This document shows positions 8,024 to 16,162 of a stretch of DNA of 20,000 nt, piece after piece; the stretch's first letter is position 1; each line of letters opens with the position of its first letter. The notes below the pieces were generated by a model. It did no database searches, was not told the origin of the DNA, and saw only the letters and a program-made list of their open reading frames with translations. A program made the position numbers and the translations under genes. Origin of the DNA: an uncultured virus (IMG/VR IMGVR_UViG_3300009551_000011) (Duplodnaviria; Heunggongvirae; Uroviricota; Caudoviricetes); the IMG/VR virus record IMGVR_UViG_3300009551_000011; one strand, written 5' to 3'.

Positions 8024-8739
8024 ACGCCCAAGTAGTCACGGTCTCGTCCCATGTTCCCACGCAAAGCTACTACCGCCCGGACGCTTACCTTGCGTCCCTT
8101 CATCGATTCGCAGAGGTGCCTACAATCCTCGGCGCCGGCGAAACATGGAGCGGTCTAATGACAAAGCCCTTCCTGCTCCGCGATTGGCTGCGCAAGGGCA
8201 ACAACACGAGCGACCGGATCATCTTCACCGATGCGTGGGACATCCTCTTCCTCGCCCATCCTCACGGCATTGGAGACCGCTGTATTGAGTGGTTCGGTGC
8301 CGATGTGATCGTCTTCAATGGCGAGCGCAACATATGGCCGCGTGGTGACCTCAAAGAGCAGTTCCCGGACACCGGCCCATGGCGCTACCTCAACAGCGGG
8401 TTCATGTGCGGCAGCGCTGAGAACATCCTCAAACTGCTGGAGTCGATGGATCTCGAGAGTATCGGAGTGGACCGCACCAATCCAGACGGCAGCAAGACGG
8501 AGCCTAACGATCAGGCCTACTTCCAGGAAGCCTACACAAAGCAAGTAGTACCGATGGTGGTCGATGGCTCCTGCAAACTAGCGATGACCTTCTCCGCTAC
8601 AGGTGACGAGGATTTCGATTTGCGCGACCGGGTTCTCACCAACAAGCTAACCGGCACCACTCCGGGCGTGGCTCACTTCAACGGGTCGGGTATGAACGAC
8701 CACTTTCACAAGTTCCTTGCACATTGGGAGTTACCATGA
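8020..8739 (+). CDS. PLOD/LH3-type GT-A glycosyltransferase domain protein
   Basis: IIFTDAWD (metal-binding Asp motif), VFNGERNIWP, RYLNSGF..G, NDQAYF and HFNG match the motif order of the procollagen lysyl-hydroxylase glycosyltransferase domain. Confidence 0.8.
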   Translation: MNAQVVTVSSHVPTQSYYRPDAYLASLHRFAEVPTILGAGETWSGLMTKPFLLRDWLRKGNNTSDRIIFTDAWDILFLAHPHGIGDRCIEWFGADVIVFNGERNIWPRGDLKEQFPDTGPWRYLNSGFMCGSAENILKLLESMDLESIGVDRTNPDGSKTEPNDQAYFQEAYTKQVVPMVVDGSCKLAMTFSATGDEDFDLRDRVLTNKLTGTTPGVAHFNGSGMNDHFHKFLAHWELP

Positions 8740-8972
8740 ACAGACGACAGGCGATTCAAGCGATAGGCGGCGGAACCTTAGCGGTCGCGATGGCGGGCAA
8801 GATAGACGCTAAAACTGTAGGTAGTGGCGACGTTGTTCTTATCACTACACGAGAAGGGTCCACCTGCTCAATTGAAGATATTCGGGACGACATCATCAAG
8901 GCACTTCCGCAGTTGGCCGGGCGAGTGGTAATTCTCGACGGTTTTGACGTTACAGTGGTGTCTGCGAAATGA
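8736..8972 (+). CDS. Hypothetical protein with a twin-arginine-like N-terminus
   Basis: MNRRQAIQAIGGGTLAVAMAG; ATGA overlap; GGGAG SD. Confidence 0.6.
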   Translation: MNRRQAIQAIGGGTLAVAMAGKIDAKTVGSGDVVLITTREGSTCSIEDIRDDIIKALPQLAGRVVILDGFDVTVVSAK

Positions 8973-8979
8973 GGACCGC

Positions 8980-9696
8980 TTGAATCCCTACACCATGCAC
9001 GGCGTGACCTTCAACGTCAACGAAGAAGGAGAAGGTGCTTGCCACGTCTTCAATCCTGATCGTCCAGAGGCTACCGACCGCGGCCCGGCTGGTATGGTTG
9101 CTGAGATGACGCGGTTCGTAGAGCTATCCAAAGATAAGCGGTCACTACTGGATGTAGGCGCGCTGTTCGGCGTGTTCTCCATGGTCTTTTGTGCGCTTAC
9201 CGGCGGCACGGCATACGCGATAGAGGCTTCACCGTGGGCGTTTCCGATTCTGATGGATCACGTGCGGGCAAACCCTACGCTAGACTTCGGTCATGGACAG
9301 TTCTTTCTAGGCGACACCCCATATCGTGAAGTGAACTGCGCTCGCGATTGGAAGCATGTCATTGCCAATCTGGACCGCCCAGACAGTGAGCAGATCACGA
9401 TTTATGAGGCGCGACTCGACGACATCCTGCCCGCCGAATACTTCGTGGACATCATGAAGATTGACGTCGAGGCGTATGAGGTTCAGGTCTTGCGGGGTGC
9501 CGAGAACCTAATCCGGAGATGCCGCCCGCTGATGTTCATCGAACTGCATACCGCGACCCTACCGGACAACGGCGAATCGCTTGAAAGTTTCATGGCGCTC
9601 ATGGACGATTACGGATACACGACTCGAAATTATGACGGATCTCTGGCAAACGATATCCTGCCAAACAGCATGACGAGGGTGATTGCATGGCCATGA
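8980..9696 (+). CDS. FkbM-family methyltransferase
   Basis: LDVGALFGVFS, YAIEASP, RLDD, IMKIDVEAYEVQVLRGA...RPLMFIELH. Start uncertain (TTG 8980 or ATG 8995). Confidence 0.88.
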   Translation: MNPYTMHGVTFNVNEEGEGACHVFNPDRPEATDRGPAGMVAEMTRFVELSKDKRSLLDVGALFGVFSMVFCALTGGTAYAIEASPWAFPILMDHVRANPTLDFGHGQFFLGDTPYREVNCARDWKHVIANLDRPDSEQITIYEARLDDILPAEYFVDIMKIDVEAYEVQVLRGAENLIRRCRPLMFIELHTATLPDNGESLESFMALMDDYGYTTRNYDGSLANDILPNSMTRVIAWP

Positions 9697-10235
9697 GCTA
9701 CGTCGAGCGAGCCGCTGCCGCAGGCGTGACCGGCTTCCTCCATCCATGCGAGGCCGAGAAACTGCCGGAACTAGCACAGGGCCGCGTCTGCCTTGAGGTT
9801 GGCGCTTTCGAGGGCTATAGCACATGGTTGATGGCTCAGACGGCGGTAAGCGTATTCTCTGTGGATACCTTCCAAGCAAATACGGCCGGCACCGTCCAGA
9901 TGGACGAGCTAACCACGCTCGACAAGTATAAGCGCACGATCGAGGGACTGCCGAACGTTGATTACTACATCGGCACGAGTGCACTGTATGCGGCAACTGC
10001 GCGGCGCGACAAGCAGGAATACGACCTCATCTTCCTTGACGCTGACCATTCGTACGAGGCAGTGAAGCAGGACATCGCGCTCTGGTGGCCGCGTCTCAAG
10101 GACGGCGGCATCATGGCCTTCCACGACTACCACCCCGAGCATAGTTACTTCCCGGGCGTGTATCAGGCGGTGACGGAGCGGTTTGGGGAGTTGCCGAATC
10201 GCGAGATTACGCTGGGATGGATGGTGAAGGAATGA
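9687..10235 (+). CDS. Class I SAM methyltransferase (Methyltransf_24-like)
   Basis: LEVGAFEGYST, SVDTF, DLIFLDADHSYEAVKQD, LKDGGIMAFHDY. Confidence 0.88.
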   Translation: MAMSYVERAAAAGVTGFLHPCEAEKLPELAQGRVCLEVGAFEGYSTWLMAQTAVSVFSVDTFQANTAGTVQMDELTTLDKYKRTIEGLPNVDYYIGTSALYAATARRDKQEYDLIFLDADHSYEAVKQDIALWWPRLKDGGIMAFHDYHPEHSYFPGVYQAVTERFGELPNREITLGWMVKE

Positions 10236-11149
10236 GCACAATCGCAAATTCAGCTATCAAAAAAATGCAGGAAATTGGCAGTACGTTTATGCAGGAGCAA
10301 AGCCTAGATGATCTGCTCTATTACTCACGCATTGATATGGAGGATACATCTTGGCGAAGCCTTATTTCCCGGCTTGGCCATCGGTTAATTACAGGCACTA
10401 TTACGCCGGTAGTTTGGGATATGGAAATTTGGAAAGCGTCCCAAAACAATTACGAGTCGTTTCTTGGGCCTGAACCTCCTGTTCGGTCTTTCGAGAATTC
10501 AAACCAAGCCTTCGACATATTTAGCAAGAACCTGAAATCCCATGCCCACAACGACCCAGATATTCAATTGTGGTTGTTTTCCAGTGGTGACAGCCTTATC
10601 GATGCCACTGAAAGTGTTTGGACGAGTTTTGAATCAGAATCTTATTTTCAGCAAAATCCAATCGACTCTTGTGAAGGGTTTGTTGTGTTCCCGAATAATC
10701 AGAACCTTTTGCTGCGAATTGTTTGGCAAACCATTATTGTTGAAAATGGTGGATTCCTCACGCGAACAATCAGTACGCCAAAGTACGCTGCCGATTGCCT
10801 CGGAGCGCGCGTTCAAGCGGGCCTTAAATACATGGCTCTCCCATTTGTAGCTATGGAATGTCAGCGAGCCTCACATTCAACCCGCAAAGCATTCACGAGG
10901 ATAAACCAGCAGTGCCCAGATATCCGAACGGTTACATTGCGAAGGCGGCAGACAAGTCTAAGGTCGGAAGAGACATCTGCCGGGTTTAAATATTCATGCC
11001 AGTGGCTAGTGGGCGGGCACTGGCGCAAACTGCATGAGCCTAGAAAGGCGGATGGCGCAGAAATAACATACGTGACACCGCACTTAAAAGGACCCGAAGG
11101 CAAGCCGTTTCGCGCTCCCAGGCAGACGGTTTATGCGGTGAACCGATGA
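10232..11149 (+). CDS. Phage hypothetical protein (AT-richer cargo gene)
   Basis: 305-aa ORF, ATGA-coupled at both ends. The C-terminal WLVGGHWR...YVTPHLKGPEGKP motif is of a kind seen in phage hypothetical proteins. Confidence 0.7.
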   Translation: MSTIANSAIKKMQEIGSTFMQEQSLDDLLYYSRIDMEDTSWRSLISRLGHRLITGTITPVVWDMEIWKASQNNYESFLGPEPPVRSFENSNQAFDIFSKNLKSHAHNDPDIQLWLFSSGDSLIDATESVWTSFESESYFQQNPIDSCEGFVVFPNNQNLLLRIVWQTIIVENGGFLTRTISTPKYAADCLGARVQAGLKYMALPFVAMECQRASHSTRKAFTRINQQCPDIRTVTLRRRQTSLRSEETSAGFKYSCQWLVGGHWRKLHEPRKADGAEITYVTPHLKGPEGKPFRAPRQTVYAVNR

Positions 11150-12636
11150 ATCAGCCAATCTGCCTAATAACCCCGCCCAGCCCGTTCCTTATGGATGAGC
11201 GCGTGTTTCTGTCCCTCGGCATCCTCCGCGTGGCCGCCGTGTTGGAGCAGGCAGGGCATACCGTAGAGATGATTGACCTCTCCGGGATTGAGAACTTCGA
11301 GCAGGCGGTCAATGCCCATGCTTCCCGCTCCTCCGCCTCTGTCTTCGGCCTAACAGCGACAACCCCGCAGATGCCCGCGACAACGCTGATTGTGCAGGCT
11401 ATCCGATCCGTTCGGCCCGATGCACGCATCATCTTAGGCGGGCCGCACGTCACGCTGGTGAACGCGGCGAAGCGGAGGGAAGATAAGCGCGGAATCGTAG
11501 GCGGTCGCGCAGGCAAGGCGTTCTCGTCGCTTGAGACCATGTTTGATGTGTTGGTTGCTGGTGATGGTGAGGATGCGATATTTCACGCGCTTATGCCCGA
11601 TGCGCCGAAGCTGATTGACGGGGATGACGCGGCGAGTCAGTTGTTCTTGACGAATGAGCGGTATGACAAACTGCCGCTGCCTGCGAGGCATTTGGTGGAT
11701 GTGGACAGCTACCACTACAGCATTGACGGGGTGCCCGCGATCAGCCTTATTGCGCAGCTCGGTTGCCCTTATATGTGTTCTTTCTGCGGCGGCCGTAATA
11801 GCCCGATGCTGAGACGGATCCGAACGCGTACCACGGAGAGTGTAGTTGCCGAGATGCGGCACCTGTACGAAGCCCATGGGATGCGCGGCTTCATGATGTA
11901 CGACGACGAGCTCAACGTAAACAAGCAGATCGTTGAACTGATGGACGCGATTCATGCCCTTCAAGTGGAGTTAGGCGTAGAGTTCCGTCTCAGGGGTTTC
12001 ATCAAGTCCAACCTATTCACAGATGCCCAGGCGGCGGCCATGTACCGCGCTGGCTTCCGGTGGATTCTCGTCGGATTCGAATCAGGCTCGCCTCGCATCC
12101 TGGAGAACATCCAGAAGAAGGCGACACGCGAACAGAATACCGAGTGCATGGAGATTGCGCGGCGGCATGGGCTGAAGGTCAAAGCGTTGATGTCAGTCGG
12201 TCACGCTGGAGAGAGCGCCGAGACGATTCAGGATACGCAGGATTGGCTAATGGAGCAGAAGCCGGCCGATTTCGATTGCACGGTGATTTCGACGTATCCA
12301 GGGACCGCCTACTATGACGACGCAGAGGAAACCGAACTTGGGATATGGACGTACACCGCGCCGAAGTCAGGAGACCATCTCCATGCGGTGGAGATCGACT
12401 TCAATACGACCGCTGAGTATTACAAGGGCGTGCCGGGTGAATACACATCCTACGTCTACACCGATTATCTGAGCGCTGAGGAGATCGTCGCGCGGCGGGA
12501 TAGGTTGGAAAACGATGTCCGCGCGGCCCTGAACATTCCCTTCAATGCGGGTGCGCCAGGTCTTCGGTATGAAGCGAGCATGGGGCAGTTGCCGGGGCAC
12601 ATTCTGAGAACGAGTAACGAGTTGGTAGCTGCTTAG
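11146..12636 (+). CDS. Cobalamin-binding radical SAM protein (class B methylase-like)
   Basis: N-terminal B12-binding-like domain (SLGILRVAAVL..GH...IILGGPH), CPYMCSFC CxxxCxxC, YDDEL, GFESGS, YPGT. Confidence 0.9.
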   Translation: MNQPICLITPPSPFLMDERVFLSLGILRVAAVLEQAGHTVEMIDLSGIENFEQAVNAHASRSSASVFGLTATTPQMPATTLIVQAIRSVRPDARIILGGPHVTLVNAAKRREDKRGIVGGRAGKAFSSLETMFDVLVAGDGEDAIFHALMPDAPKLIDGDDAASQLFLTNERYDKLPLPARHLVDVDSYHYSIDGVPAISLIAQLGCPYMCSFCGGRNSPMLRRIRTRTTESVVAEMRHLYEAHGMRGFMMYDDELNVNKQIVELMDAIHALQVELGVEFRLRGFIKSNLFTDAQAAAMYRAGFRWILVGFESGSPRILENIQKKATREQNTECMEIARRHGLKVKALMSVGHAGESAETIQDTQDWLMEQKPADFDCTVISTYPGTAYYDDAEETELGIWTYTAPKSGDHLHAVEIDFNTTAEYYKGVPGEYTSYVYTDYLSAEEIVARRDRLENDVRAALNIPFNAGAPGLRYEASMGQLPGHILRTSNELVAA

Positions 12637-12638
12637 GT

Positions 12639-12864
12639 GGTAAGTTGTGGAAATGGTTCCTCACAGCGACATAGCCATACGGTCAAACAAATCGGAATTC
12701 CGTATTCCAATGATCGTGTTTATGCGGCTGGATGAAGAGACGTTGAACGATTTTTGGGCTAAGGTGTTCGCCGAAGCAAAGCGCGAAGGATACCAGACGG
12801 TACATCGTACGAGGGATGTTGCGGCCATGGAGTACGTTTTCACGTTCGTGCGGTAAGTTGTGGA
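12639..12864 (+). repeat. 13-bp direct repeat GGTAAGTTGTGGA flanking a small ORF
   Basis: Identical copies at 12639-12651 and 12852-12864. Confidence 0.75.
12647..12856 (+). CDS. Hypothetical protein
   Basis: 69-aa ORF filling the gap after the radical SAM gene; start at GTG 12647 or ATG 12653. Confidence 0.6.
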   Translation: MEMVPHSDIAIRSNKSEFRIPMIVFMRLDEETLNDFWAKVFAEAKREGYQTVHRTRDVAAMEYVFTFVR

Positions 12865-12868
12865 TTCA

Positions 12869-12884
12869 ACCGTTGGGAGGCGGT
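12869..12884 (+). repeat. Junction hairpin motif, copy 2
   Basis: Exact ACCGTTGGGAGGCGGT, intergenic, 5 nt before ATG 12890. Confidence 0.85.
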
Positions 12885-12889
12885 GAGGT

Positions 12890-13576
12890 ATGCCAATTAA
12901 CACAAGGGAACATTTCGGGGAAGACCCAATCGGTTATGCGATGTCGCCCGAGTTCAGCAGACTCGTTCTTGAAAAGGTCCGTTTCGGCGTCAAGGCCTAC
13001 ATGTCACCTGCTATGCTTTCCGAACTGAGGATGAACCCAGACTACTACGCGCAGCAGATGGCTGGTCAAATCGCTTATCAGGTCGAGGGCATGGTCTTCG
13101 GACGCGAGGCGCGAGAGCGCACCATAGACCGGCGAACAGTCAAAGAAAAGGAAGAGGTAAAAGAACCGGTCATCAAGACGGCCGAGCGGCAGCGGTCGTT
13201 TAACAAGACATGGCAAGACCACCTGAAAGACACGCTCGTAAGTTGGGCGGCCAAGCGTTCTGTCAAAGCCGAAGAGAACGCAATAGAGGGACATCCAGAC
13301 GAGGATGATCCTGACTATTACCGATGGCGTCCGCGCCTTGGGCTGCGATTGCGACAGTGGTATTGGCAGAAGGTCTTCGATTTGACTTCAAAGATGACCG
13401 GCGACATCCAAAAGGAGATCGTGGAGATTGCCGTAACAAATGTAACGAACATTCGGATCACACCGATCACGAAGCATATAGAGGTCCACAAACATTGGCA
13501 CACCTGCCCGCATCTGGACATCGTAGCGCGTGATGCACATCTGGAGTTTCTGGCGGATGCCGGGCGGTTTGAATGA
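12890..13576 (+). CDS. Hypothetical protein
   Basis: 228-aa ORF with SD in motif copy 2; ATGA overlap with the next gene. Confidence 0.7.
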   Translation: MPINTREHFGEDPIGYAMSPEFSRLVLEKVRFGVKAYMSPAMLSELRMNPDYYAQQMAGQIAYQVEGMVFGREARERTIDRRTVKEKEEVKEPVIKTAERQRSFNKTWQDHLKDTLVSWAAKRSVKAEENAIEGHPDEDDPDYYRWRPRLGLRLRQWYWQKVFDLTSKMTGDIQKEIVEIAVTNVTNIRITPITKHIEVHKHWHTCPHLDIVARDAHLEFLADAGRFE

Positions 13577-14574
13577 AGATCGCCTTCTTCACCTCCAACA
13601 AAGGCGGATCGCCACTAATCGGCGGGCTTGAACGCGGCATGATGTCGTTGGGGCATCAGGTCCACGTCTACCGCCCAGGCGAGGGCTATGACCTAATCGT
13701 GATTTGCAATCAAGTGGCGCACGATGCCGACTACGTTTACCCGGAGTTTCCGCTGGGCAACACGCCGATTGCCTTCCTGGATAGCGCGGAGTTTGGCTAT
13801 CACACCCGTCTGCCCGACCGTAGGCACCTGTACGCCAATACCTTCACCGAAGCGGCGATGGCCCACGACACGAAGAACCGAGGGCAGCAGGAGAGGTTGA
13901 GGCGGTTTCTGGAAGGCAGATCATTCCCCTACTTCCTCCGGGAGTACATGAAGGGGATCGACTACCCCGAGAGCTATCACCCGATTGACTACCCGCTCTA
14001 CCATTTGAGCGAATGCCCGAAGGCTCCAAATCGAAATGAGTACTTGAGCCGTGACCTTGACCTGTTCCTGGCATGGGGGCACTCTCATCCGTGGAGGCCG
14101 CTGATTGAGCAGGAACTTCGCAACTGTCATACCAAGTGCGAGATCTTCAAGCGGGATATGGGCGCGGGCGTGAACATGCCACAAGATGAGTATTTCCGAA
14201 GGCAGGAGGCGGCAAAGGTCGGCGTCAGCTTTGATGGGTACGGCAGTGGCTCGTTTCGCATGACCGAGGTGCTTGTGAGGAGTTGCTTGCTTATGGGGCC
14301 GTTGGGGATTGTGACGCGGGCGCCGCTTAAGCAAGGTGTAACATGCCTTGGATATGGCGTTCGGAATGAGGGAGAGCAATTCATCTGTTCAAGTATTGCC
14401 ACAGCCTTAGAATGTGCACTGCGAGACCGTGAGGGCGCATTTGAGATATACGAAGCTGGTTACCACCACTGCATGACCCACCTTACCGAGAGAGCGACTG
14501 CGCAGTACGTGATCGAGACCGTGGAGCGGCACGATTGGGGCAAGGCGACGGAGTTAACCATATGTCAGCAGTAA
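13573..14574 (+). CDS. Putative GT-B glycosyltransferase (CgeB/Glyco_trans_1_2-like C-terminus)
   Basis: MKIAFF...LGHQV N-terminal Rossmann-like start; EYFRRQEAAKVGVSFDGYG..SFRMTEVL and IYEAGYHHCMTHLT resemble GT-B C-terminal domains. Confidence 0.65.
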   Translation: MKIAFFTSNKGGSPLIGGLERGMMSLGHQVHVYRPGEGYDLIVICNQVAHDADYVYPEFPLGNTPIAFLDSAEFGYHTRLPDRRHLYANTFTEAAMAHDTKNRGQQERLRRFLEGRSFPYFLREYMKGIDYPESYHPIDYPLYHLSECPKAPNRNEYLSRDLDLFLAWGHSHPWRPLIEQELRNCHTKCEIFKRDMGAGVNMPQDEYFRRQEAAKVGVSFDGYGSGSFRMTEVLVRSCLLMGPLGIVTRAPLKQGVTCLGYGVRNEGEQFICSSIATALECALRDREGAFEIYEAGYHHCMTHLTERATAQYVIETVERHDWGKATELTICQQ

Positions 14575-14921
14575 CGTTTGGCAGTACGGATATAGACGGG
14601 CACTTGTGCAACGTTCAGCAAATAGGCAAAAGCCCTAATCCTGATGCGTGGATCGTCTACTTCTTCGACAAAGGGTTTCGGATCTTCGTTAACGTGTGCC
14701 CTGAGCCGCAAGAAAGTGAAGAGGGCGCGATTGAGATGGCCAAGACGATTCTCGCCGATGCTGGACGCTATGCCCGATGCGTTGTCGCCATGTCGAACGA
14801 GTATTTTCAGGAGCGGTACAACGGACTTCCCGCTCAGGTTGACCAGCTGGATTCCAACATAAGGCATTTAAGGCGTAGAATCGCCCGTGTTGATGGCGGA
14901 TCGGAAGAGTTCGATGCATAA
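14562..14921 (+). CDS. Hypothetical protein
   Basis: GGAG SD before ATG 14562; overlaps neighbours. Confidence 0.55.
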   Translation: MSAVTFGSTDIDGHLCNVQQIGKSPNPDAWIVYFFDKGFRIFVNVCPEPQESEEGAIEMAKTILADAGRYARCVVAMSNEYFQERYNGLPAQVDQLDSNIRHLRRRIARVDGGSEEFDA

Positions 14922-15612
14922 ACACTACCTCCGCCCTTCCTTTCACCCTGACTACGAAGAGTGCGAAGACTGCGGCACGCTCATCAACCAGAAGCCCTTC
15001 GACCATGCGGCAGTCTACGGCGGTGACTACTGGAATCAGCCGGGGCGGTCTACGCTGGCCGAGCAGGTTTACAATGTTGCGACCTACGAGAACCCCGAGG
15101 GTGTGACGAAGATTCAGGCGGTCCTTGAACACTGCCCTGTTGGGGTAGCCGTTCTCGAAATTGCATGCGCTCCCGGTAGCCTAATGGAGCAACTGCATCG
15201 TAATTTCGACGAAATTCTTGGAATAGAGGTCGATGAGAGGTACCGTCAACAGATTCAAAAGATTGGAGGTCCGCGCTCCTATGTCTTTACGGGATATTTC
15301 CCCGAACTTACCAAATGCTGGCGAAGTGGTACTTATGACTGCATCATCGGCATGGACATCCTTGAACACGCAGAGGACGGCGAAGCGTTCATGACCGAGG
15401 TTCACCGCCTACTCAAACCGGGCGGCGCTGGAATCTTCATGCTGCCAATGCTGATGGACGACGGGCAGCCGATTCCTGATGGGATGTTCTGTGACGAGCA
15501 TCGGGCCATCTACACGCAGCGGTACGTCAAAGAGTGGATGGGCGAGATGTTCGGAGAAGTGAAGTTTGACCGGTGGGTTGCTGGTCATGAGATTGTAGTG
15601 GTGAAGAAATGA
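14914..15612 (+). CDS. Class I SAM methyltransferase (Methyltransf_23-like) with N-terminal CxxC
   Basis: CEDC, VLEIACAPG, GIEVD, YDCIIGMDILEH, LLKPGG. Confidence 0.88.
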   Translation: MHKHYLRPSFHPDYEECEDCGTLINQKPFDHAAVYGGDYWNQPGRSTLAEQVYNVATYENPEGVTKIQAVLEHCPVGVAVLEIACAPGSLMEQLHRNFDEILGIEVDERYRQQIQKIGGPRSYVFTGYFPELTKCWRSGTYDCIIGMDILEHAEDGEAFMTEVHRLLKPGGAGIFMLPMLMDDGQPIPDGMFCDEHRAIYTQRYVKEWMGEMFGEVKFDRWVAGHEIVVVKK

Positions 15613-15812
15613 AGGCCTACGAGTGGGAAGACGACTTTGGCGAAAGTCATATCGTTGTAGTTGCAGAATCATTGGAGAAGGCGCGAGAACTGGCACAAGA
15701 AGAAGTCACCCGAATGTACGGAGATCCACCGGGGTCTTTCCATCGCGCACTACTGAATGAGCCTACTCAAAGTGACTTGCCTTTTGTTGTGACGTACTAT
15801 ACAGGTGAATAG
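15609..15812 (+). CDS. Hypothetical protein
   Basis: 67 aa, ATGA overlap; VVAESLEKARELA is typical of small phage ORFs. Confidence 0.65.
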   Translation: MKAYEWEDDFGESHIVVVAESLEKARELAQEEVTRMYGDPPGSFHRALLNEPTQSDLPFVVTYYTGE

Positions 15813-15813
15813 G

Positions 15814-15828
15814 ACCGTTGGGAGGCGG
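15814..15828 (+). repeat. Junction hairpin motif, copy 3
   Basis: ACCGTTGGGAGGCGG (15/16) just after TAG 15812 and before ATG 15832. Confidence 0.85.
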
Positions 15829-15831
15829 GGC

Positions 15832-16122
15832 ATGACGAAAGGTAAATACCGCAAGGAACTAGCAAATGTCCATAGGTGGGTAAGACAAAAAGGGTGGACT
15901 GAGGGGTTTTCGTCAGTAACGCTCCTTGAGCGCCTTGACTATCTGGTTGAGCAAGAGGCGAAAAAGAAGGCAAAAGTCCTAACCGAAGACCTTACCAAGA
16001 AGAACGATGAACTTCAGTTTGCGGTATGGGCGATGGCGCATTCGGTAGGCCTCACGCCGCAGGACTTCACACTTGAGAAACTGCAAGCCAGAGTCAGAGA
16101 TTTGGCTGATAACAGCAAGTAG
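15832..16122 (+). CDS. Hypothetical protein
   Basis: ATG 15832 lies 6 nt after the GGAGG of motif copy 3; the ORF is bracketed by copies 3 and 4. Confidence 0.65.
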   Translation: MTKGKYRKELANVHRWVRQKGWTEGFSSVTLLERLDYLVEQEAKKKAKVLTEDLTKKNDELQFAVWAMAHSVGLTPQDFTLEKLQARVRDLADNSK

Positions 16123-16126
16123 GCAC

Positions 16127-16142
16127 ACCGTTGGGAGGCGGT
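16127..16142 (+). repeat. Junction hairpin motif, copy 4
   Basis: Exact 16-mer, intergenic, 20 nt upstream of the portal ATG. Confidence 0.85.
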
Positions 16143-16162
16143 AACCAAAGGACTCCCTAACC

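Noticed and set aside
10223..15612. GGTGAA-NNN-ATGA at three junctions (10223, 11137, 15600)
   Set aside because: Adequately explained as a GGTGA Shine-Dalgarno plus stop/start overlap.
6911..16142. Junction motif as a CRISPR repeat or integron attC site (GCTTAAC...GTTGGG at copy 1)
   Set aside because: Copies are hundreds to thousands of bases apart with whole genes between them, are only 16 bp, and lack the long attC palindrome. RYYYAAC is not shared by all copies, and no cas or integrase gene is in the window.
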